In this document: piece after piece, positions 38,001-52,417 of the stretch | Layout of the letters: each line of letters opens with the position of its first letter | Numbering within the stretch: the first letter of the stretch is position 1 | Assembly (NCBI GenBank): GCA_964016885.1 | Contig: OZ024742.1 | Span: 302,870,001-302,934,000 of the forward strand | Reading direction: 5' to 3' | DNA length: 64,000 bases | DNA from: Eledone cirrhosa | Taxonomy: Eukaryota | Made by a program: the position numbers and the translations under genes | Notes under the pieces: model-generated | Told to the model about the DNA's origin: nothing | What the model saw: the letters and a program-made list of their open reading frames with translations, nothing else | Databases searched by the model: none

Positions 38001-39143
38001 CATGTATATACGTGTATGCATGTGTATGTATATGCGCACGGTCATAGATATAATCGAGCTGGAACCCGTTCGTGCGGTTAAACCACTGGGAGTGAAGTAC
38101 TCCTAGCCTTTGTCAGGGCATTCTTCTAAGAGAAGGCAACTCAGGAAACTGGGATAACTCTGACATAAAACCTGCAGCTCAGTAGTTACCGATGATGTTG
38201 ATCTTTTCTTCTTTTCGGGTTATAGCTACTGTTGTTCAGAGAGTGGGATTGGCCCAGTGCACAGTCTTTCCTCACTTTATGAATAATCTTCACGCACAGG
38301 CATTGCACGATAGCATTAATTGATAATTATTAATAATGGTATATCGTGCAATGGCCATACTCAATAACGATGGACCAGCCATCATCATATGTGTCTGTAT
38401 GTATGCATTCATGCATGCATGTATGTATGCATGTATGTATTATGTATGTTCTTCTGGTTTTATTATTTCATAAATAAAGGGCAGTGGATTGTCAGTATCG
38501 GTAAAGCGTCGGACTACATGCTTTTGCCGCATATAGTGTGGTATCCTCTATGTTTTACATTTAAACATTTATGATCATTTCTAACAGAAAATATTTGAAA
38601 ACTATACAAAATAGATTTCCTCACTAATTGCCTTTGTTTTTCAAAAGTGTATACATAGTTATTATACTACTGTGTATTTTATATTACTATCAGAGCAACA
38701 CCAGCTTCATATTTAATTGTGTGAGGTTCTTGCTGTGATTTTATGCCTCCTAGTAATTTTTTACGTTGCTGACATTTGCAAAGAGCTGATATGAGTTACA
38801 TATTCCGCATAGATCTGACATAACCAATATCTGGTATACTTGATACCTAATTTCACAGTGCTGTGGTCTGAAATGTTACGGGTTTAGATATAATTATTGC
38901 TGGTGGGGATTTAAGTAGTCCCTATAATGAATATAGTTTGAAGAGTTGCGTTGGATTTGTAACAAATATGGGGAAATAGGGAGACGGGGAAATACCTTTT
39001 GAATTGAAAAATGACTATTCTATGCTTGTATGCTTGTATATATATACATGAATTCATATATGAGTGTTTGTACGCTTGGGTTTATGCATATGTGGGAAAG
39101 ACACATAAACACACGCACACACACACACACACACATACACACA

Positions 39144-39216
<73 letters not shown>

Positions 39217-39244
39217 ACAATGTATATATACATGCACATATATA

Positions 39245-39295
<51 letters not shown>

Positions 39296-40072
39296 AATAA
39301 TTACCCAACTGAATTCAATAAAGACATTCCTTGGTAAATGAATGAACGACACAAATTCTCCAAATGGTTGTCTCCAAAACTATACAATTGTTCTGTTTAT
39401 TTATTGGAAAATTACTCATATATTATTATGTATCTTAGTATATCTCTCTGAGAATCTCAGCTGGCCAGTATATCTCAGTATAATCTTGAATTAAAAAACG
39501 AAGAAAGGTAGTGATTCAAATTCGAGTTATCATCACTGCTTTGCATTCTTGGTAATGACAACTAATCCGCAATAATACTGTTCCAGTTACCTTAAATAGG
39601 AATCTGATCATGATACAAATTGGGTTTAGTAGCAATGTAAATTCATTTGTTTCTTTTAAATTAAAATATTAAAGATCTCTCTCTGTAGATTATGAGATTA
39701 TAAAGAGTGCAGATGCAAAATGGGTAGGGAAATAAACACACTGTCTCTTGACGAATAAGTGATGATTTTCTTGACCAAATTAGTTACGTTACAAGCTTCA
39801 CATCTACTATTAATTAGTATGTATTTCAATGTTTTGTTAAAGGACAATATTCTGCCAAGTTGCATTCGTGACCAAGCATTTTGTTCTCAGTTTGAATAAT
39901 TCGCCAAAAAAAGGTATGGCCATTACAATGACCCGTTTATTCGTCTTTATAATATTTCTATGACTCAAGAGCCTTACATAATTTTGATTCCACTAAAAAA
40001 ATAAATCTTGTCTCAAGCCTTTACTGTCCGCTAACACAGCCACACACGCACGCATGCACGCAAACGCGCGCG

Positions 40073-40135
<63 letters not shown>

Positions 40136-40160
40136 AGACACAGACACAGACACACACACA

Positions 40161-40200
<40 letters not shown>

Positions 40201-41119
40201 TATATATGTAGAGCACGAAATATTCTATGTAATCAACGGGTGTCCCCAGTTATTAAAACACAATGTCATCTCACACTCGCCACACAAATGTGTCAACAAG
40301 AGTAAGGTCAAGTGTCATTAACTGGCTTAGATTAAACTTTTATGTAAGTCATAAATACGATAGCACAGGAGTATAGAACACGATGACAGCAATAGAAATA
40401 ACAGAGGAAGTTACAACATTTATTAATTCATAATACATGTGATTTTGTAAGAACCTTGCACAAAAAAAAAATTAAGACACAAAAATTACTCGTTTTATCA
40501 GAGAATAGTGACAAATTGAGAATGATTAATAAAAATAATATATAAATAAAATTAAATTGAAAAGAAGAGAAAAGGAGAAACGATGAAAATTTATTTGCTC
40601 GGGATAGCCATGTAAAGGGGGAGTGATTAATGGTTTAGTTTTCCTATATTCGTTATTTAACTAGTAAACTGACACAGTAGGCATGGTTATTTTATAGTTC
40701 ATTCATTCAACTTGTGTAGTGTATGGGCTATGTAGAGGAGCAATACGGGATTATTAATCACTTTGACATGCCTATAAGCTCATTGGAGAAAGAAAATGCT
40801 GTCTTGTAGTTATAATAACGACAATACTTTTACGTCAGGCAATTATATGCAACAGAAACTTTTACAGTATTTGTAGCTGTAAAGGACAGGTAGGAGCTTA
40901 ACACATTACCTGTTACGGTAAAACATACCAAGTGTTTATGAGGAGAACAGATATAAATAGATAAATATAAATAAGTCGAACTAAAAATATAACATATAAA
41001 ATAGGAAATCAAAGACCCTGTAAATCTTGTCAAAATCTGAGTGAGCATAAGAAAATTCTGAGTGAGCATAAGAAAAATAGATAATCAACAAATTATATAA
41101 AAGTAAAAATGAAACATGG

Positions 41120-41213
<94 letters not shown>

Positions 41214-41214
41214 T

Positions 41215-41266
<52 letters not shown>

Positions 41267-41378
41267 TATATAAATAAGTATTGAAGTTTCCGTTGAAAAT
41301 TGAAAAAGTCATAGGAGTGAAGAGTGCTCTATGTAAGTTACAGAGCTAAATTTAATGTATAATAAACAATACAAGATA

Positions 41379-41454
41379 ATTACCTCATTACCAGAGTTTT
41401 CCCGAATAAGACGAATACAAGAAACGTCCTTATTCGTTCGTCAGACAAGGCAAT
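41379..41454 (-). ncRNA. Hammerhead ribozyme in the tailed pLTR (stem III mutated)
   Basis: Reverse complement of 45524-45599, with GAAAACTCTGG instead of GAAACCTCTGG. Confidence 0.65.
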
Positions 41455-42254
41455 TTAAAACATAGTGAAATATTTGAAAAATCTCCTCAAGAAAGGTAAA
41501 AGTTTAACGGGCAAAAAAGAAAAAAAGTAAAAAAAAATATATATAAATAAAAGTAATGCAAGAGATATCTAAAAATAAAATAAGGAAATATAGTAAGGGT
41601 ATGTGTATAAATGTGTGTATATGCACCTACAAATGTACATATGTGTGTATGTACAAATGCATGTGTATAGTGAAAAAATGTGTGCGTAAGCATATCAGGG
41701 CAAGCATATCAGTGTATGTGTGACCACAAATACGTATATAATATATGTTGAAAAAATAAATTGTAAGATAATAGAGTTAGCGTACATACAGACTCAGAGA
41801 CTAAGGATTGAAATATATACACATACAAGTATGAAAGCACGCGTATAAACACACACACACGCGCAACCACATACATGCATGTGATATATACAGGGAAGGG
41901 AGTGTATCAGTCAAAGCAGTGTCAGGCTGAAGATCGATGCATATATAAAAATATGAAATATGAAAATAAAAAAATTAAATCAAAGAGAAAGTAAGAGGGA
42001 GGGGTTATCAATTATAAAGTAACACTAGAAAAATAGAAAACATACAGAGGTTCGTATACACACATATATATATATAAATATATATATAAATACGTACAGA
42101 CAAAAGCACATACATGCGTACATACATACAAAAACGCTCATACATACACACGAAGCACATATATATACATACACGTACATCTAATCACACACACGCACGC
42201 GACCATATATATATATACATATATATACACACATATATATATATATATATATGA

Positions 42255-42993
42255 TTACTCGTATGTGGACCTTGACCGTCGAATCAACTACCATCCTAGG
42301 ATTTTACCAACCATCCTACCACATCTTCTTACGGAATCACCTTTACGACTCACCCCCACACACACCCCAAACATTTTTTTCCCACACGCCACCTACACCC
42401 ACAACACGCTTAAACACCACACACACACACGTGCGTCCCACCACATATTTACACATTCAGCCTCCGGATTCCTCTCCCCCACCCCTCTATCCACACACGC
42501 ACACACACTCCGACCTACACCCCACCCCACATACACCTCTTCCTGAACATGCAACCCCGTTCTTCCCCCAACCCTTGCTTTCACATACACACACACACAC
42601 ACGTACACCTACACACACACACCACCTTCAGCCCTCCCCGCTCAGACACCCCGTCTCCCTCTCCCCACTCCACCCGCCACCCCCCCTACACGCCCCACAC
42701 ACTTCCACCACTTGTTTTACCCCAGTTTAACTTTATTTTGATCATGCTTTTATTTTTATTTTTATTTTTATTTTTATTTTCATTTCCACCGTTTCCTCCC
42801 ACCCTCTTTTTGCTATATGTCTCTCCACCACTCCTCTACACACCCTTTGAACTCTCTTCCCACACACTTTTCACCTGAAGAAGGGCTTATGCCCGAAACG
42901 TCGTTCCCCACCACCACCCCACTCTCAAGAGCGTGAAATTAATAAACATTCGTTGTACTGCCTCTCTGTTTTGTTCCTGTTAAAATTTTCCAT
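42255..42993 (+). mobile_element. Nested PLE-like 3' fragment with a hammerhead-like motif, in (TA)n
   Basis: C-rich UTR, then TTTCAC-CTGAAGA-AGGGCTTATGCCC-GAAACG (42875-42900) with GTGAAA at 42933; TA repeats on both sides. Confidence 0.55.
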
Positions 42994-45523
42994 TATATAT
43001 ATATATATATATACATATACACACACACACATGTATATCAGTATGTAAAAAACATAGATATAAAACACACATACACACACACATATACACATACACGCGC
43101 ACATACGAATGCATTCGTATACATATACAAACACGTATACACACATATGCACACTTACACGCATACATACAATATAAAAACCAGCCGTATGAATAAATGA
43201 GTACAAATTATACGCAAGTAAACATACATAAAAGCGGCTGAGGGACAACAGAATATATCTGGGGTTTAAAACGCAAGTGACATGTGGTATCAGGTAGTGA
43301 AAGAAAAGGGGGAAGTAAAATATGTAAAATTGTGAAGATATAAAGTAAGTGAATCAAAAAGAAGGGGGGTGGGGGGTCACTGGTGGATGTGAAGTAAAAA
43401 TAAAGTTAGAAATTAAAATAAAAGTAAATCAGAAGGAGAAGTCTGTAAAGAAGGTAAGTTAAGGAAAGTGAAGAACAAGAGTCTATGGAGGATAAGTATC
43501 TGAAAGTGAGTTAAGTTTATATGAGTTGGAAAGCAAGTGTGATTTCATATGTGGGCAACTGGTGAACATTTCTGTTTTTGTATTTAGGCAGGTCTTTGGT
43601 GATTTAAAGTTCTGTAAAATCCAATATTTTTCACTTATGCAGAGTGCGCATCTTCTTGTTCCTCTTGCATATTCTTTAGATTGGTTCAACATTGACCAAT
43701 CTAATTTATATTGGATACCTTGGTCTTTCAAATCCCATATTCTGCTAGCCAGAGCTGTTGTAAATCTTTTTTCAGGATGTTGGAAAGATGCGACATGTGT
43801 GTAATAACGCGTTTTGAATTTGTCTTGAGTCATACCCACATATCGTTCGCTGGTGGCTGGTAGATTGTTGCTGGTGGTTGTCACTTTAGCCGCATATACA
43901 ATGGCTTTGGTGTTGCATTTACCTTGTAATGGGCATTCACCTTTGACTCTACAGGAGCAATTTTGATGTTCTCTGGGTATTTTCTTATTGAAGATATAAG
44001 ATTTAATAGGGGGACCGCAGGAGTAGCTGATTTTGACACAGTTTCAATTGAAGATCTTATAGTATCTATGTGCTCTAGGGAAATGTTTATCTAAGAGCTC
44101 TAGGAATTTTTTGCCTACATTAGTTTTAACTGCTAATGAGTAGGGTGTGCGTGAACCAGATTATTTTTCTTTTCCTATTATTATGTTTAAAGGAGTTAGT
44201 ATTGTTGGGTATGTACTTAATCGATTCGCTAAATCCGCTATTTTGAAGGGCTTTATTATAGTAGGGGGATGCCTTATTGAAAATAGCTTCTGAGGAAGAG
44301 AGGGTGGAGATGCTACGGCTAATATTAGGGATAAGATTTTTGAAAATTATAGGAGGATGGTAAGAGCCTTTATTTATATATTTTAAATTTTAATTAGGTT
44401 TATGGTGCGGTTTATAAGAAGCAGTAGGCAGATCTAGGTTTATATCTAGAAAATTAACATTAGAAAGGTTAGTGTCAATGGTAATTTTAAGATTAAAACT
44501 AGCGAAGGTTTTTATTAAGTCTTTCTTGAAGTTATGGCCTATAGTGGTATGGGAAAGTAGTAGACCATTGTCGCAATAAAGCCCAAAGGTATGGTTAGAG
44601 AATTTCTCTTTAAGTGTGTGTAGGAGGAATAGGCCGACTAAATCACACACGTCAGCACTGTAAAAAGAACCCATTGAGACATCGAATGGGTTCTCTGGGT
44701 TAGATTTTTTTACCCAAGTGTCATTATTAGTAAATATATATATATGGTCGCGTGCGTGCGTGTGATTAGATGTAGATGTATGTATATATATGTGCTTCGT
44801 GTGCATGTATGTGCGCTTTTGTATGTATGTACGCATGTATGTGCTTTTGTCTGTACGTATTTATATATATATTTATATATATATATGTGTGTACGAACCT
44901 CTGTATGTTTTCTATTTTTTCTAGTGTTACTTTATAATTGATAACCCCTCCCTCTTACATTCTCTTTGTTTAATTTTTTTATTCTCATATATTTTTTCAT
45001 TTTTTCATTTTCATATTTTATATTTTTATATATGCATCGACCTTCAGCCTGACACTGCTTTGACTGATACACTCCCTTCCCTGTATATATCACATGCATG
45101 TATGTTGTTGCGTGTGTGTGTTTATACGCGTGCTTTCATACTTGTATGTGTATATATTTCAATCCTTAGTCCCTGAGTCTGTATGTACGCTAACTCTATT
45201 ATCTTACAATTTCTTTTTTCAACATATTTTATATACGTATTTGTGGTCACACATACAATGATATGCTTGCCCTCATGTATGTACTTACGCACACATTTTT
45301 TCACTATACACATGCATTTGTACATACACACATATGTACATTTGTAGGTGCATATACACACATTTATACACATACGCTTACTATATTTCCTTATTTTATT
45401 TTTAGATATCTCATTAATTTTTAGATATATCATTAATTTTATTCATATATATATATATATATTTTTTGCCCATTAAACTTTTGCCTTTCTTGAGGAGATT
45501 TTTCAAATATTTCACTGTTTTAA

Positions 45524-45599
45524 ATTGCCTTGTCTGACGAACGAATGAGGACGTTTCTTGTATTCGTCTTATTCGGGAAACCTCTGGTAATGAGGTAAT
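45524..45599 (+). ncRNA. Type I hammerhead ribozyme in the inverted pLTR
   Basis: ATTGCCTTGT/ATGAGGTAAT stem I (with G-U pairs); CTGACGA core; stem II CGAATGAGGACG/CGTCTTATTCG; GAAA; CC-TCT-GG; GTA cleavage triplet. Confidence 0.78.
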
Positions 45600-45658
45600 T
45601 ATATTGTATTGTTTATTATACATTATATATATATATATACATATTTATATATATATAG

Positions 45659-45758
<100 letters not shown>

Positions 45759-46217
45759 CGTGTTTGAATACAAATAAGAAACACAAATAATACTCAAGTT
45801 AACATCCATACATAATAACATAATATCAATAAATATACATGCCTAAATTCTTCAGTAAATCGTATATCTACTATATGATAACTTATCAAGATTAAGATGA
45901 CAGATTCAATAAATACTCTCACAATGGTACATTACATCCATGTAGAGCTGTCTGCAATCGCTGATATAAATTATGTAACTATAAACAGTTCGATTATCTA
46001 TCACTAGACAGATAATCAACATCGTTCTCTTTAATAGTTACAAACGTTTAAACCTATTGAAAAGCATTTAAAATAAAGAGCACTCCAACTGGGTCGCTGA
46101 TGCTGCCCTGAAAGTGCCCACCCACTATAAAACACTATATTAGCCTCAATAAAAACCACGAATTTTTTCGTCAAACTTAAAATTATTTTATTGTAACATA
46201 AAACTTATTATAATATA

Positions 46218-46402
46218 ATTGTTTCTACATTTGGCACAAGGCTAGCAATAACCCAGTGCATTACTGGTACTTTATTTTATCGACCCGGTAAGGATGAAAG
46301 GCAAAGTTAACCTCGACAGGATTAAAACCCAGACCCTAAAGGACATAACTATGCTGGAACGCATGGCGTCCGACCCTCTACTGATACTACCAATCCACCG
46401 CT
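46218..46402 (-). mobile_element. Nin-domain tRNA-SINE
   Basis: Reverse complement of the SINE consensus. Confidence 0.85.
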
Positions 46403-46598
46403 CTTATTATAAGATAATGTCATGCAGTCATTCTTAATTTCTAAATATGCCCTTTTGAAGTAAGTTATTTTTGTGTTACAAATCACGTAAAGATTATATA
46501 ATTTGTTGACCAGAATTCTTTCAGAAGCAGAAGTTAATAAACGATGTAACGTAATCTTCTGGTTCTGGTATTGTATATATATGTGTTTATACATAAAT

Positions 46599-46723
<125 letters not shown>

Positions 46724-46753
46724 ACACACCACACACCACACACACCACCCACA

Positions 46754-46792
<39 letters not shown>

Positions 46793-46899
46793 CTTATATG
46801 CATACATCTATCTATCGGATTCTGTCTAACACGTGGAAAACGCGCTGGTGAGTAAATGTTTTAATTTCATTGGAAATTGCATGAACTGAATCTACATTC

Positions 46900-49672
46900 T
46901 TACACCATTTTGTAGATAAGCTGCCACCCTACACTTTGTAGGTGGTAGCAAACCCAAATAATAAGTCCACCAGGGCAAAAAACGGAGAAATTCCACAAAA
47001 TTTCTACCGGAATTTTGAATATAGCCAAAAGGGTCAAAATCTTTGACCTCATCTTCACAAAAAACACATCAGAGAATTGTGGAGATGGGCTGTTAATCTC
47101 ACCTTCCCCAGCACTAGTGTCAGGTGAAGGCTGCCTGCCTGCTGCTATCACCAACAACAACAACAACAGTAACAACAACAGCAACAAAAACAGCAACAAA
47201 AACAACAACATCATCAAATCTGTCAGCCAACAATTAGACAGAGGTGGTGGAGGGACGGTAAAACTGTTAAGCCAAGAAGCAGCTCGCACCGCCTCGTTGA
47301 AACACTTCGATATGTTTAAAACACCCCCTGACAACAACACCAGCACCACCAACACGAAAACTGTGAATGGCACAAACCAAAACAAGGCTATCAACATCAA
47401 CAGTGACAACGAGAACAAGAAGAACAACAACGACAACAAAACCACAACCAACAACAACAAGAACAACACCAACAACGGAAAAAACAAAAACAACATCAAC
47501 AATAAGAACAATAATAACAACAACCATACCAATAACTGCAACAAGGAAGTAAACGACAAAATATCATTTGCGCAAACCGTAAAGAAAACGGTAAGCTACA
47601 CTCCGGTAGATATTTCAAATGCAAATGAGCTTTTGAACAACGCCAGACAATATGTAACTTTTGGGGAGAACGGATCATTCTCCATAAACTCTCCCCCAGA
47701 TTTGCGAAGAGAAGCTGCCTTGAAAACTGTGATTTTCAGGACAATCTCAAATAAAACACGAAAACCGACTCAACTTTAACAAGGCGAAATTGAGTTGGCT
47801 TTAAAAAATGCCTTAAAAGGCATTGCTTTTATTCAGAAGGGTATACTCTACGGGAGTTTATCCATTTAAATGAAAGACCAACTGACGGCACATAAATATT
47901 CTGTGTCGCCAATTGTGTCACCGCTGTTCACCTTTTCCCCCACTTACATGGGGAAAAGGACACAGAAAATAAAAATCTAAAGTATCACACCAAATATTGA
48001 CATTTGGTGGGTACTATGTGGATTTTTAATCCACGAAAAAGACTCAATAATATCGGTAGGTAAGTCCTGTTCAGCGGAACTAGCCTGGAAGTTCTGGTCC
48101 AAATGACACCAGAACGAATAGCTAGGATCCCGGAACGTGTGTTGCTGGATGGGCTTATATACATAAACATTTCGGTCGAGGGTAGGCGGCCCTCATGTTA
48201 CCACTGCTCAAGCAGGGGTCACCTAAAAGCTTTCTGTCCTCGGCTAACTAGCCAAAAAAAGGCACTACTGCCAAAACCTGCAACACCAGCACAGCAACAA
48301 CAACATAAAAAAAAACAGTGACAACAAAACAAACGACAAACACAGTCCCACCCAACCCTTCACCACCTAAAACAACTCCAGAAACACCCACACACATAAC
48401 AGCTCCCCAAACGTACCCCAACAACACAGATGATGCCTCATCATCGTTACCCGAGTGACGGAGGCAAAAAGTGGCAACAAGTCCACGATTCGGTTTGAAG
48501 GACCAAGACGGACGCGTTTTACGTGAGCCGAAGCAAATGTGCGCGGCCTTTCAGCGGTATTTTGCTCAACTGTTCGGGCAGGGCGGCGCGCCGGGAGGGG
48601 CTATGGATTTCGGTCCATACCTCGACGGCCTACCGCGACTCTCGGACAGCGAGGTGAAGGTCTGCGAAAAGCCGATTTCGGCCGCTGAGATTGGGGACGC
48701 GCTGAGCCAATGCGGCAAACGCAAATCTCCAGGTCTCGACGGTCTACCCTACGCATTTTACGTAGCAATGACGGACTTGTTCTCCGGTCTCCTAGAAGCG
48801 GTCTACTGTTACTGGAAGCACAACGGGAGAATTCCCAGTTCTGTGACCAAGGGCGTAATCACGTTAGTCAGGAAGGACGAGAACAAGGGGGATGACATAG
48901 GCAACTTCCGGCCCATAACTCGCTCAACACAGAGTTACAGATTTTGGCCAAGGTGTTGGCAAAGAGGCTGGTGCTTGTCGTCGAAAACCTTGTGGGAGAA
49001 GCGCAGACATGCGCAATCCCGACCAGGTCCATACACGACAACCTCCACCTCATGCGATACATCATAGAGAGGGTAGGGTGTAAACCCGGCTTCGGTGGGG
49101 CCCTGATCAACTTGGATCAGTCTAAGGCTTTTGATCAACTTGGATCAGTCTAAGGCTTTTGATCGTTACCTGGATGCGGTGCTCGAGGCGGCAGGCTTCG
49201 GTCCCGTGTTCAGGGGCTGGATTGCTGCAATGCACAACCGCAACAACTGCTCAAGGGTCAAGGTGAACGACTACCTCTCGGAGTCGTTCCATATCACGCG
49301 ATCCATCCGACAGGGATTCCCTCTTTCCCCCCTTCTGTACGTACTGACTCTCGATCCACTACTGCGGAAGTTGGAGCTATTGCAGGGCATCCCTTTGTAA
49401 CCGGGACTGCGAAAAGCGGCGTCGGCCTACGCCGACGACGTGACAGCACCTCGCAATTCGGGGAAGTCGGCACCTTACTGAAGGAATACTAAAGGTTCAG
49501 AGGAGCGAAGCTGAACCGGGACAAATCCGTCGGTTTGCAGCTCGGAACGTGGAGAAGCAAACCGATCCTTTCGATGACGTCGTCGGACGCTGGACGGAAG
49601 GACCGGTAAAGCTGCTCGGGGTCTGGTTTGGTCCTGACCTCCAGGTGGAGAAGAACTGGAACGAGGTGACGG
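46900..49672 (+). mobile_element. Tx1-like LINE, internally deleted (ORF1 fused to RT; no endonuclease or 3' end)
   Basis: Asn-rich ORF1 with KISFAQTVKK and CYHCSSRGHLKAFC; jumps at ~48455 into the RT linker (KSPGLDGLP, DQSKAFD, RQGFPLSP, YADD). Confidence 0.85.
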
Positions 49673-50291
49673 CCATATATATGTTACTAGATATGAATTC
49701 TTTATTATTATCTCCAAATTAGGAAAGTCTATGTATGTATATATATGTTACTAGATATGAATTCTTTATTATTATCTCCAAATTATTTGTCGAGCAATAT
49801 TGGCCATGACTGCTGCTGCGGTTGTAGGCAGGCCGCTGTCTTATTAGCAAACCACTTTCCACTGATTGACCTCGATGTCACGTGTTCGATTCTTTTTGAA
49901 TTTGCCACAGACGTAGAGGCAGTGATCTTCTCAATGGCTTGGAATTCAGTCCACGCTTTGCTATTTCCTATCCACTGAATTATTTTTTAATAAGTTTCCA
50001 GTGTCCTCGCTTTGCCTGGAAACTTACATGAGAATAGACTTTCCTGACGACGGAATGCTTCCTATATTATTCTTCGGAAAATATATTTACTCCATTCCAG
50101 AAACTAATTAGTTGGAAGTGATATTTTAGTAAGTAAGTTAATTTTATAATTTTCTTATTTTACGTCTCTTATATTATTGTTCTGCAACCCCATGCATTGA
50201 ACCACACTGTTATTAAGACAAAACCTATATATTTGATAGCATTGATATGCATCTGTATGTATATATATGTTACTAGATATGAATTCTTTAT

Positions 50292-50319
<28 letters not shown>

Positions 50320-50322
<3 letters not shown>

Positions 50323-50492
50323 AAATGTTAAACCCCGACGGCAGAGCTCAAGCCGTTTCGGCGGCTATTTCTGGACTAAATTAGAACTTTTTGGGGGTTT
50401 AACATTTTCCTATTACCCACTATACTACCCTAAGTATTGTGTACTCTGGTGCGTTATGGTCCATCTAGTTCCTTACCACACCTCCTTCGTTA
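50320..50492. mobile_element. Hairpin mini-PLE: inverted hammerhead 3' half + forward pLTR tail
   Basis: 50320-50381 is the reverse complement of ~1060-1122 (diverged); 50394-50492 is homologous to 1105-1202; TA flanks. Confidence 0.85.
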
Positions 50493-50712
50493 TATGTATA
50501 TATATATATAAAGTCAAAATGAATGAAGCAATACTCATTTAGGCTTGACATTAAGGCTGAATATAGAAATGTTTACCTCAATGAAATTCAGGATTCAGAA
50601 TCTTTATAATTGTTCTCCCTTTACAGTTCCACGTTGCATATAGGTAGATTGAAAGACTTTTGAATGCATCCTGTTTTTAAAATATAGAATTATTTGCTAT
50701 CATTATAAATAT

Positions 50713-50890
50713 GGCAGTATCGGTAGAGAGTCGGACGCCATGCTTTCCAGCATAGTTACGTCCCTTTACGATCTGAGTTCAAATCCCGCCGAGGTTCACT
50801 TTGTCTTTCACCCTTACGGGGTCGATAAAATAAAGTACCAGTAATGCACTGGGTAATTGCTGGCCTTGTGCCAAAATTTGAAACAATTAT
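50713..50890 (+). mobile_element. Nin-domain tRNA-SINE with TSD ATTATAAATATG
   Basis: Consensus match; TSD at 50702-50713 and 50886-50897. Confidence 0.9.
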
Positions 50891-52224
50891 AAATATGTAA
50901 TATTTCTTTCGTTTTTATTATCATTTTAAGGTGTGTTCCCGATGAGAAGTATCATCTTGTTACGTTAATATATTTTGTGAATGAGTAGAGAATGGAATGT
51001 TAAGATATCAATAAAAATAAATTACCTATGTAAAGTTAGTGAAATAGCACTGACTGGAAATTCTAAACCACACACCATTGTAAAACGAACTCTGTGGGAA
51101 GTTATCTTATTCTCCTCTCTTTGCCTAAACCCACTATCCTTTATTTCTTTAGCACCGTTCCAAAAAGGTGGAAAAATGATATTAGATTTTCTCACGTTTG
51201 GAAGTTCGAAAAAATACTATTTATTGTCCTATCTGAAAGGAATTGTGTTCACCCAGGAAATGAAACCAACTCGTTAAGCTGCGTTACCGAGATCATGTCT
51301 CTTATACACGGCAACTTTTCAATATTTGCTTCTTTTCATTTGACTTGAGACAAAACGGATAATTTATGAGTATGCAGTTAAAGTTCATATATTTCTGGAA
51401 AGCAGTTGCAGCTAAACACAAGTCCTCTGAAGTTTCCAGTTTCATTTACTTTATATTCAGATCTTGGTGGGTTGATTTTTCACCCCTTAATATAAATATC
51501 ACAAATGTACTGGAGCTTAGTTAAGTACACGTTGTTTTTGCCCCTTAATATAAACACTACTCATGTACTGATGTTTAAACAATAAACAATACTTACAACT
51601 GACGAACTGTGATAGTCTGCTCATGTAATAAATGGATATTATTGGTTAAAATCATATCGTGTGGTCAATATTATGCTATGTTTTGAAGGAGATTTTGTGA
51701 TGGCCTTATTCTATATTGATATTTTCGAATACATCTCTTTAGATTTATTGATCTCTCTCAAAATATTGTTTTGATAGAGACTTTTGACGATCCTATTTAA
51801 TATTCCTTTTCATCAAATAAACACTTCCATCACACTATAGATTAATACAATATACCTGACTAGGGTGGCCAACAATACTGCGACTGTTATTATTCATATC
51901 TCAACCACCAAGAAGAGACTGTAAATCGTTTATCAGATTTTCCGATATTTCCAACTTTTTTTTATAATCATCGACTATTATTATGGTAATTTGCGTGGGA
52001 AGCACACATTTCAAAATTAAAATTTTCCCAATGCTTCCCAAGGCAACCGCTTTATTTACATGTCTAGCTATAGGCGTAAAATATTTTAAAAGACGTAGTT
52101 GTTGACCAGCAGTCCTTTAGCGTAGTGGTTAAAGAATTCATCTGGCACTGGAGAAGATACAAGGTTAGATTACTCACTAGGAGTATCGTACCCGGTTTTC
52201 GCTACTATTATTTTTAGTGATCAA

Positions 52225-52417
52225 AAGTGGTGGATTGGCAGTATTGGTAGAGTGTCGGATGCCATGCTTTGGCGCATAGAGTTACGGCCCTTGCCATTCT
52301 GAGTTCAAATCCCGCCGAGGTTAACTTTGCCTTTCACCCTTACGGGGGTCGATAAAATAAAGTACCAGTAATACACTGGGTAATTGCTGGCCTTGTGCCT
52401 AACGTAGAAAAAATTAT
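52225..52417 (+). mobile_element. Nin-domain tRNA-SINE with TSD ATTATTTTTAGTGATCAA
   Basis: Consensus match; TSD at 52207-52224 and 52413-52430. Confidence 0.9.

Larger units (their letters stand above)
41270..45625 (-). mobile_element. Second Naiad-like PLE: 5'-truncated ORF, tailed 3' pLTR and inverted 5' pLTR, in (TA)n
   Basis: Minus-strand FDVSMGSFYSADVCDLVGLFLL, VNFLDINLDL, CSCRVKGECPLQGKC, IVY..YVGMT, CALCISEK, CPH; 41352-42210 is an inverted repeat of 44737-45625; both ends lie in (TA)n. Confidence 0.9.

Noticed and set aside
38050-38385. Possible RTE 5' UTR or HDV-like ribozyme
   Set aside because: Could not fit the nested double pseudoknot by eye; no linked ORF.
52126-52195. tRNA-like sequence (TAGCGTAGTGGTTAA...GGTTAGATTAC)
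   Set aside because: Degenerate B box and no acceptor stem; at best an old SINE head.
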